This document shows positions 56,623 to 64,000 of a stretch of DNA of 64,000 nucleotides, one piece after another; positions within the stretch are counted from its first letter, which is position 1; each line of letters starts with the position of its first letter. The stretch spans positions 544,001-608,000 of the forward strand of contig JAVJNR010000004.1 in NCBI GenBank assembly GCA_040217195.1. Reading direction: 5' to 3'. The notes beneath the pieces were generated by a model. That model searched no databases, was not told the DNA's origin, and was given only the letters and a program-made list of their open reading frames with translations. The position numbers and the translations under genes were made by a program. The stretch comes from Leptospiraceae bacterium (GTDB lineage Bacteria; Spirochaetota; Leptospiria; Leptospirales; Leptonemataceae).

Positions 56623-58170
56623 TCAATTCTTTTTTCTTTCCAGCAGCCGGCGCACCGCTTCCTGTTTTTGCTGCGAAAGTCGAAGATACTCGGTTGCTTC
56701 TTGGTGGGCTGGATTGACCAGAAGCACATTCTGGAAACGAGCTATGGCCAGATCATAATTCCTTCTGTTGTATTCCAGCAAGCCATCCTGCATATACTGT
56801 GTTATTCTTGCTGACTCTCTTCCTCGAAGATTTGCTAGCTCGGACCTGGCAATCCCATTCTGGGGCCAGATCCGCAATGCACTAATGTATGATCGAATAG
56901 CTTCAAAAGGTTGCCCGGCATTCGCCAATGCCCGAGCCTGATTGGTTTGAACTTCGCTTTGCAAACGAGAGGCCTCTGCAAGTCCTTTTCTGGCTGCACC
57001 GTAGTCAGGATTTAACCTGAGCACCTGGGCATATTCAGCCCTGGCCAGCAGATACTGACGATTCTTCATATGCCGTTCGGCCCGGACCATATATTTTTTG
57101 GTTTGATCTCCAGTGAGGCGCTCAACAATCAATGATCGATAACTCCTGGCTGCTCGATTCTCACTATCCTTTTTCAGAATGGCCTCAAAGATCTTGCGTG
57201 CAGAGTTAAGCTTATCTTCGCTGTAAAGATCCACGCCCAGTTTCATCAAGCCAGCCAGCCGAGCCCTTTCCTTTATCGCATCTGATAGCTCCAGGCCCTG
57301 AGCCTTCGCAAATTGCTCGTTCAGGGTAAATGTAGTTTGATTCGGTACATTTACCAGCTCCCGGGAACATTCGCTTCGCCCACTGAGGATACGATTCACC
57401 ATCTCTCCGGTTGCTATTCCCAGATTCGTATAATCGGGGCTAATGCCGAAAGTAGCACCAAGCTTCACAAGCGCCGGATAACCGGTCATCAGTGTAATTC
57501 CATTTTCTCGAGCGAATGAAGACAGGATGCGAAAGTTCTCTCGATCATATAATGGATCTGTAACCATATAAATGGCATCTGCTTTATTCTTGATCCTGCT
57601 CAGATTACTTTGAAGCGAATCCGCCGGCCCGATAGAAATTGCTTCCAGTAATAATCCATGCTGCAAATCCAGATACTCCCCGGCCACAGCTGCATCTCTG
57701 CCCTGATCGGTGGAGTAAAATGAGTAAACATAGCGAGCCTCCGGATCCACTTCCTTTAATGTTTTAAAGAAGCGTTCCGGACCTATGTCCATGCTTACTC
57801 CGCAAAGATTTCCTTTTTTCAAGTTTAGCTGCTTGGGAGAGTTCAGCATGGAAAATACAACATTGGTATTGTGTAAGTTCTCCGAGGCCAGCTGAGCTGC
57901 TGCTCTACCAAAGGCTACGTAAACTACCGTACCGGATGCTTCGATATCATTGAAATAGGCGTTCAGATCCGACTCTTCGGCCTGGAGCACTTCCAGATAC
58001 TTTACCCTGGTCTGTCCCTTCACTACAGACTGAAGTCCAGCCAGACCCTCTTCGTAAATGGAAGAGTCGGAGGACAACAACACTTCAATGACCGGCACAG
58101 ACTCCGCATTTGCAGATCCGAGGGAAAGGATTGCGCTAGAGATGAGAATCAGCCCGGATTTATTATGCAT
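56623..58170 (-). CDS. ABC-type substrate-binding-like periplasmic domain fused to TPR repeats
   Basis: Signal peptide; GVSMDI...LKEVDP, ADAIYMVTDP, GIATGEMVNRILSG and LNEQFAKAQGL resemble ABC_sub_bind; several TPRs. Confidence 0.75.
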   Translation of the reverse strand: MHNKSGLILISSAILSLGSANAESVPVIEVLLSSDSSIYEEGLAGLQSVVKGQTRVKYLEVLQAEESDLNAYFNDIEASGTVVYVAFGRAAAQLASENLHNTNVVFSMLNSPKQLNLKKGNLCGVSMDIGPERFFKTLKEVDPEARYVYSFYSTDQGRDAAVAGEYLDLQHGLLLEAISIGPADSLQSNLSRIKNKADAIYMVTDPLYDRENFRILSSFARENGITLMTGYPALVKLGATFGISPDYTNLGIATGEMVNRILSGRSECSRELVNVPNQTTFTLNEQFAKAQGLELSDAIKERARLAGLMKLGVDLYSEDKLNSARKIFEAILKKDSENRAARSYRSLIVERLTGDQTKKYMVRAERHMKNRQYLLARAEYAQVLRLNPDYGAARKGLAEASRLQSEVQTNQARALANAGQPFEAIRSYISALRIWPQNGIARSELANLRGRESARITQYMQDGLLEYNRRNYDLAIARFQNVLLVNPAHQEATEYLRLSQQKQEAVRRLLERKKN

Positions 58171-60709
58171 CCTTTTCCCCTCCTGAACGCGAGCTCACCG
58201 GTTTTCGATCCGCATAATTTTTTGAAGCTTCGGTGGCTCCTTCGCCGCGATTGCTGAGCATCTTCTCTACCTGCGCCATGTTACGCAGTGCGGGATCGAA
58301 CCGGGGATCAATTTTGAGAGAACGCTGCAAACTAAGCAAAGCCTGATTGTATTCTTTCTGCTCAAAGAATAGAACGGCCAGATTATTGTGAGCATGATGA
58401 TTCGAAGGATCCAGTACCAGCACCCGATTAAAGTATTCCATTGCCTGGGCCTGGTTCTTTAGAAAGGCATTACAGTTTGCAGCCCGATAAATGGCCTGTC
58501 GATTGTTCCGTTCCAGATCTAAAACCTTTTCGTATTGCTTTAAGGCGCGGCTGTATTGCTTTTTCTTGTAAAGATGGTTGGCCTTCTCCATTAATTCCAG
58601 GATTTCCAGGGTTTCGCTGGAGCTTGCCATCTTTTGAACAATACTATCTCGAAGCGTTGCGGCTTGATGGTTTTCGGGTTCCAGCTGCAACGCTTTGTCC
58701 ACCAGATTCAATGCCCTCCTGGTCTGTTCCATACTATAATAGATGTCTGAAAGATTTAGTAAATTCAGAATGTTGTTCGGTTCCCGCAGGAGCAACCGCT
58801 CGCCAAAATCAGCCGCTTCATCGTATCGTTGTGCCAGGCGGCAGCTGTTGGATACTGCGTAGAGATATTCCTGATCTTCTGGCGCCAGGCTCACATATTC
58901 TTTAAAGCATTCTACAGCCTGATTGTAGTCTCCCCGATTGAAATACAGCCTTCCCACTGTCTTCAAGAGCTCTGGCAAATCCTTTCCATGATGTAAGAAG
59001 TGCTCGATCTTTGCCAGAGCTTCTTCCTCTCTTCCTTCTGCGATCAGTTCCTGGCTTTGCTCCATTCCTTCTCGCACAGGCATGGGAACCTGGGGCTGGA
59101 CCGTTTCCGGTACATTTTCCTTATAAGATATTCGAAGGAGGGAAAAGTCGTCCATCAATGTGAAATTCTTGCGTGTATAGTCTAGAATGCGCTGAATATT
59201 TCCGTCGCATAGCTCCACGTGCCTTAAGAATAGAAACTCATCTTCGTTAATACTTTCTGTGCCATTCGGCTTAACTGTGATCAGATCATCACGACCATCC
59301 GAGCCACAGATTATAACGTCCGCCGGGCTTAACTGAAAACTCTTTATTGCAATCTTTTCTTCTTCTCCAGGAACTCCTAGTTTTCGCAGCTCCAGTTCTT
59401 CTTCCAGAAAGGATGCCTGTCCCTGGCGATAGAGTACAGTGAACGGATGCTCGCAATTTAGAAAATACATGAAGCCGGTCTCTTCATCCACCAGACCCAT
59501 AACGATGGACATGTACATGGTACCATCAAAGGAAACGAAAATGTTCTGCAGATCTCTGTAGGTATCCCGTAGCCAGATTTCTGGATACTGGATGGACGAT
59601 TTGCCGAGCTTGGCCTGAATCAGAGTAGCGTTGAATGCCGCACCCAGCACCAGGGCACCGCCAGCGCCCTGAATGGACTTCCCCATGGCATCTGCATTTA
59701 GAAATACAGTATAGTTGCGCCCATCCAGGCGAATTGTATCGGTTATACAATAATCTCCACCGATTTCTGAATTCCATTTTCTAAAACTAAACTTCTTTTT
59801 CTGCTCAATAACGAATTCGCTGGAAATGAAGTTGCTGCGATTTTTATTTGTCTGCAACGGATGTGCCAGAAGCGAAGTGAGAAAATAATCCCCATCCTGC
59901 TGCACTTTCAGCGCACGTACTTGCTCCAGCGTTTCGTTCAACTCTTGAGTTCTTTGCTCTACCTTCTCTTCCAGATTGTTGGTAAAGTCCTGAATTCTAG
60001 CTGTCATAGTGTTAAAGGAAGAAGCAAGCTGGCCTATCTCATCTTTGCTTTCGATTTTGATGCGATGACTCAGGTCCCCACCGCCAATGATTGTAGCGCC
60101 TTCGCTGAGCGAAAGGATGGGCCTGGTGATAAGGATTGCGGTGGCTATGGCAATAACAATGGCTATAATAAAAATAACTCCTGCAACAATGAAGATGGTT
60201 CTGCGAGTTTGTTCGATTGGTTCGTAAACGCTGGCTTCGTCGAATTCGAACACTGCCTCCCCAACTCGAAGCTTCTGTCCCTTGTACTCAATAAAGATAG
60301 GATACACAAAGCGAAGCAAATCCGGATCTCCGTCAATTCGCTCCATCCTTAGTTCGTCGATTTGACGAAATTCTTCGAGCAGTTCCTGTTGTGCAGTCTG
60401 TCCTAGATGCTCTTTATGAAGATCCGCTACGAATTCACCATCCAGATTCAATACGTATGCATTGAGCAATCCGTTGACTCCGGCCTCGGATAAGCCCTGA
60501 ACGGCGGAACGGGTTCCATCGTAAGTAACATCAATCAACAACTCCTCGGTTGCAGAGGAGGCAATGTTGTGCGACAAATTTCGGCAAACCTCGAAAGTCT
60601 TATCAGTGACAACCTCCTGGTTTCGCAGAAGAACAATAAAAGAAAGGGGAAATACACTGAGGACTACAACCCCTGAAATCAGGAGAATCATCTTCATCTT
60701 TATTTTCAT
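58163..60709 (-). CDS. Membrane sensor PP2C/SpoIIE phosphatase (HAMP, SpoIIE, many TPRs)
   Basis: Two TMs; HAMP (DEIGQLASSFNTM); GGD, DAMGK, SDG and DD motifs; long TPR tail. Confidence 0.9.
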   Translation of the reverse strand: MKIKMKMILLISGVVVLSVFPLSFIVLLRNQEVVTDKTFEVCRNLSHNIASSATEELLIDVTYDGTRSAVQGLSEAGVNGLLNAYVLNLDGEFVADLHKEHLGQTAQQELLEEFRQIDELRMERIDGDPDLLRFVYPIFIEYKGQKLRVGEAVFEFDEASVYEPIEQTRRTIFIVAGVIFIIAIVIAIATAILITRPILSLSEGATIIGGGDLSHRIKIESKDEIGQLASSFNTMTARIQDFTNNLEEKVEQRTQELNETLEQVRALKVQQDGDYFLTSLLAHPLQTNKNRSNFISSEFVIEQKKKFSFRKWNSEIGGDYCITDTIRLDGRNYTVFLNADAMGKSIQGAGGALVLGAAFNATLIQAKLGKSSIQYPEIWLRDTYRDLQNIFVSFDGTMYMSIVMGLVDEETGFMYFLNCEHPFTVLYRQGQASFLEEELELRKLGVPGEEEKIAIKSFQLSPADVIICGSDGRDDLITVKPNGTESINEDEFLFLRHVELCDGNIQRILDYTRKNFTLMDDFSLLRISYKENVPETVQPQVPMPVREGMEQSQELIAEGREEEALAKIEHFLHHGKDLPELLKTVGRLYFNRGDYNQAVECFKEYVSLAPEDQEYLYAVSNSCRLAQRYDEAADFGERLLLREPNNILNLLNLSDIYYSMEQTRRALNLVDKALQLEPENHQAATLRDSIVQKMASSSETLEILELMEKANHLYKKKQYSRALKQYEKVLDLERNNRQAIYRAANCNAFLKNQAQAMEYFNRVLVLDPSNHHAHNNLAVLFFEQKEYNQALLSLQRSLKIDPRFDPALRNMAQVEKMLSNRGEGATEASKNYADRKPVSSRSGGEKDA

Positions 60710-60871
60710 GCACTCACACTCCTGACCCGGTTCATTCTATTTGTATAGGTCGGGCCCCGCCATTCGAAACCTGATAACGGGCTTTTTTATAGGACGTGCT
60801 GAATGTGTTGCAAGAGTAATTTTAAAAGCCAGGAAGGCGACCAGGCACCTCTTTGCCAGAATTAGAAGTGA

Positions 60872-61522
60872 TTATGTAGCGGCAGGCTCTTCGTCTATCA
60901 TGTTGCCTTCAGGAATTCCGCCTCTGAGAAAGTTCGGATAAAACTCACGAAAGCCTTGCATGATTGTATCGAGTGGTAGGTCGGCATGCACTCCCCTGTC
61001 TTTCACGTATTCCATGAAGCGATTTCCTTTTTCGTCGTAGGACTGAAACATGGCATCGCTGGTTCCATCGAACTCAAGAGGGGCAACTCCATACTTTTTA
61101 CAGAGCTTTTTATCGAAGGTTGGTGTAGCCTTGATCCATTCATCCAGGTAGACCTCTGCAAATCCATGAAAGGCAAATACCTTGCTACCTAACTTCTCAA
61201 TAAAGCGCTGACTGGATAGATGATTCACTACATCGGCCAGACCAATTCTGGAAGGAACGCCTACAGCTCTTGCCAGGGAAGCGAACAGTACAGCTTTTGG
61301 GATACAGTAATTCTGTTTCCTTCCCAGAATATAGCTGGATTTGTACTGCTCTGGCTTCAAGCCAACACGGTAGGGATTGTACCCGATTTCATCCCGAACG
61401 TAATAATACGCGCGAATTACCGCTTCCCGGGGTTCCAGACCTTTCAAATTCTCCTCAACAAAGGACTGAATATCTGGATGATCGTAATCTAGAAAGTATG
61501 TGGATTGCAGGTACTCTTCCAT
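60872..61522 (-). CDS. Transglutaminase-like (TGc) protein
   Basis: YCIPKAVLFASLARAVGVPSR, HGFAEVY, WIKATPTFD. Confidence 0.88.
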   Translation of the reverse strand: MEEYLQSTYFLDYDHPDIQSFVEENLKGLEPREAVIRAYYYVRDEIGYNPYRVGLKPEQYKSSYILGRKQNYCIPKAVLFASLARAVGVPSRIGLADVVNHLSSQRFIEKLGSKVFAFHGFAEVYLDEWIKATPTFDKKLCKKYGVAPLEFDGTSDAMFQSYDEKGNRFMEYVKDRGVHADLPLDTIMQGFREFYPNFLRGGIPEGNMIDEEPAAT

Positions 61523-61585
61523 AATGCAAGGTTCTGGCATGAAAGCCGCTTGTCAACCGGCTAATTCCTCTCAATTTGCTCCTGC

Positions 61586-62020
61586 ATGAAATGGAATGGC
61601 TCGCTCTTATTTTGCCTGGTGCTAGCATTTTACGGCTGCGATTCGCAGGATTCACTATCCATAGAATCCTATATGCCCGTGCCTGTGAATCAACGAGTAG
61701 GTGCTGTGTATCTCACTCTTCAGAACAATACAGACCAGGATCTGCTTCTCCAGGGAGCCCGTACTCCAGCCGCTAAGAAAACGGAAATACACCAGACCAG
61801 TGTTTCAGAAGGCATAATGAAAATGGAGAAGATAAATCAGATTTCCGTTGATCCCGGCCAGTCTCTTGTTATGAAACCCGGAGGACTACATATTATGCTT
61901 TTGGATTTAAAGGAAGTACCGGAGCCAGGAAGTGAAATTGAATTGACTCTAATGTTTTCTGGCATGCCGGATAAGAGAATCCGAGTTCCCGTTGTTTCTC
62001 CGTCAGACATTGTGGAGTAA
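61586..62020 (+). CDS. Copper chaperone PCu(A)C lipoprotein
   Basis: Lipobox FYGC; GAVYLTLQN, EIH...MKM, PGGLHIML. Confidence 0.9.
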   Translation: MKWNGSLLFCLVLAFYGCDSQDSLSIESYMPVPVNQRVGAVYLTLQNNTDQDLLLQGARTPAAKKTEIHQTSVSEGIMKMEKINQISVDPGQSLVMKPGGLHIMLLDLKEVPEPGSEIELTLMFSGMPDKRIRVPVVSPSDIVE

Positions 62021-62086
62021 TACGGCCGGTTCGATAAAACTCAAAAAAAAGTATTCGCAACGGTAAGCGAATAAAGAGGCAGTTTC

Positions 62087-63073
62087 GTGGCAGAAAAGAA
62101 AAACAAAAAACTAAGAATCCTGTATGCGGCTGTAGCCCTGGGCCTCCTCTATTCTGGTATCGCCTGGTATTTTTCCAGTGTACTCATTGATTTTAGAACC
62201 AGGCCACTGGACGAAGATAGAACCAACCTCAAGATCTCCAGTCCGGAAGAATTCGGGCTTCGAAATGAGAAAGATTTTGAACTGGAATCCCAGGGAATTA
62301 TCTTGAAGGGCTGGTTCTATCCTGCTGGCGAAACCTCTCGGTGCGCTATCGTATATCATCATGGCTTTACCGGAACCCGCTACGGCGGAATGAAATATGC
62401 TCCTATGTTTGCTCAATTCGGCTGCGACCAGCTCTTCTATGATGCTAGAAAGCATGGAGAGAGTGGCGGTGAATATGGCACTTTCGGCTATCATGAAAAA
62501 CAAGATCTACTTAATGTTATCGATTGGTTAAAAAGGGAGCGCGGTCTAAGCGATCTGAATATCGCAATCATGGGAGAATCATTCGGGGCAGCCACTTCAT
62601 TGATGGCTGCTGGATTCTCCGGTAGAGAGTTTGCATTCCTTATTGCAGAATCTCCTTACAGCGATCTTCCGGGAATCGTAGCACAAAGAGGCCGCTCGGA
62701 TTATGGACCAGTCATAGAAATATTTATACCCGCAGCTTTCGCCCTGGCCAGGATTCGAGCAGACTTTGAGCCGGAACAAACGTCCGTTCTTCTAAAGGCT
62801 TCTGACATAAAAACTCCGGTTTTTCTGCTTCATTCCAGGCAGGATACATATACCGATTCCTCTAATTCCGCAGCAGTCCTTGATGCACTTACGGGTCTGT
62901 CCGAATCAGAGAAAGGTCTTTATTTTACGGACTGGGGTGCGAAGCATGCTCGATCCATTGACACCAACCGTGAGGAATTTACAAAACAGGTACAGGGATT
63001 CCTGGATAGAATCCAGGCAGGCAAGCGGCTGTCAGGAATTGATACAACGACGGATGCCATCAGTGATCACTAG
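62087..63073 (+). CDS. Alpha/beta hydrolase, membrane-anchored
   Basis: HHGF, DARKHGES, GESFG nucleophile, HSRQD, AKHA. Confidence 0.88.
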   Translation: MAEKKNKKLRILYAAVALGLLYSGIAWYFSSVLIDFRTRPLDEDRTNLKISSPEEFGLRNEKDFELESQGIILKGWFYPAGETSRCAIVYHHGFTGTRYGGMKYAPMFAQFGCDQLFYDARKHGESGGEYGTFGYHEKQDLLNVIDWLKRERGLSDLNIAIMGESFGAATSLMAAGFSGREFAFLIAESPYSDLPGIVAQRGRSDYGPVIEIFIPAAFALARIRADFEPEQTSVLLKASDIKTPVFLLHSRQDTYTDSSNSAAVLDALTGLSESEKGLYFTDWGAKHARSIDTNREEFTKQVQGFLDRIQAGKRLSGIDTTTDAISDH

Positions 63074-63647
63074 ATATAAAAAAGAGAGAATTGGCCAAAC
63101 TGCCATGCTAGTTCTGACTGCAATTCTTATGAGTAGTTTGCTTCTGGTTTCAAACTGTAAACCATCTCCATTGAAGGAACTGGGCACTGTAGAATCATTT
63201 TCGCTTCAGGATACAAAGGGCAATCAGATCGAATGGAAACAATTTCGCGGAGAACCGGTGCTCGTTTTCTTCGGATACACCTATTGCCCGGATTTTTGTC
63301 CAATGACCATGCACAAGGTTCAGAAAGCCTATGAGTCCATGGGATCACCTCAGGATTGGCCCAGACTGATATTCATTAGCGTGGATCCCCGGCGGGATAC
63401 ACCTGCTTTGCTGGCTGACTATATGGGAAAATTCAGCTTTCCATCAATAGCACTTACCGGACCTGAAGAAAAACTCAGAGTAGCAGCCCGGAGGTTTGGA
63501 GTTACATTCTATGAGGATCCGGAAAATCCGGAGCTAATGCAACATTCCCCGGTTCTATTCGTGATTGATGAGCAGGCACAAATTCGTTATCTTTTCAAAT
63601 TCTCCCAGACCTCTGAAGAGTTAGAAAAGATTGTCGACGCACTATAA
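63054..63647 (+). CDS. SCO1/SenC family copper-binding protein
   Basis: FFGYTYCPDFCP (CxxxC), ISVDPRRDT, conserved His (MQHS); start uncertain (63054 or 63105). Confidence 0.9.
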   Translation: MPSVITRYKKERIGQTAMLVLTAILMSSLLLVSNCKPSPLKELGTVESFSLQDTKGNQIEWKQFRGEPVLVFFGYTYCPDFCPMTMHKVQKAYESMGSPQDWPRLIFISVDPRRDTPALLADYMGKFSFPSIALTGPEEKLRVAARRFGVTFYEDPENPELMQHSPVLFVIDEQAQIRYLFKFSQTSEELEKIVDAL

Positions 63648-63736
63648 GTCTTCAGAGGCTATCTAGCCCTGAATCGCATATTCGCCCGGGTTCGATTTCG
63701 CTTTTTGAGCGCACATTCATGGAGAGCTTCATTGGT

Positions 63737-64000
63737 CTAATCGCTACCCATCCTGGCCAGGTACATCTCTGCAACACTGTCGGCCGGATTTTCGCGTAAC
63801 ACCTCCTGCATATGCTGGCGACACTCCAGGACTTTACCTTCCAGAGCAGCCTGTACGCCCATTTCAAAGGATTGTCTGGTGCGAAAAAAGAGATCCAGAA
63901 TCCATTGAGGCTGACCGTCCAGCACCTCATAGACTCTCAGGGGCGCTTCCTTTCCCTTCACTTCCATCTTATCCAGGAGTCTGGTATGATAGTTTTCCGG
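63737..64000 (-). CDS. Adenylate/guanylate cyclase family protein, C-terminal fragment (cut by the window edge)
   Basis: RLLDKMEVKGKEAPLRVYEVLD is the class III cyclase C-terminal motif, followed by a TPR-like helix pair. Confidence 0.75.
   Translation of the reverse strand, partial: PENYHTRLLDKMEVKGKEAPLRVYEVLDGQPQWILDLFFRTRQSFEMGVQAALEGKVLECRQHMQEVLRENPADSVAEMYLARMGSD

Noticed and set aside
62880..63053. Long N-terminal extension of the SCO ORF
   Set aside because: It overlaps the hydrolase gene; the signal/lipoprotein segment begins later.

Overview
A 64-kb chromosomal window (about 50% GC by eye), most likely from a Leptospiraceae spirochaete. This is inferred from the gene families and order: cheX, mreBCD-mrdA-rodA, SpoIIE/HAMP/TPR phosphatases, LA_0442-like and TRL-like proteins. 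Most of it is housekeeping, envelope and metal-homeostasis DNA: metK, mnmA, hslO, riboflavin synthase, a CDF transporter, csoR-copA, PCuAC/SCO, two TonB-dependent receptors, two PP2C sensor phosphatases and three tandem Asp-box lipoproteins. No rRNA, tRNA, cas gene or transposase was recognised. The most unusual locus is about 19.7-24.2 kb. It holds a minus-strand operon encoding an inactivated RadA/RecA-like protein, a 96-aa helical protein and an archaeal-type PolB2-group family-B DNA polymerase (YGDTDS motif changed to HGITDC). Upstream of this operon lie two tandem GTGC-N4-GCAC palindromes and a non-coding array of 6-7 units with about 40-bp period. Each unit alternates a conserved RATTATGTCNCATT box, a variable ~10 nt, a degenerate inverted ATGCGACA box and a variable ~8 nt. 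The array ends at a perfect extended -10 promoter facing away from the operon. All family calls come from motif recognition by eye; no database searches were run.
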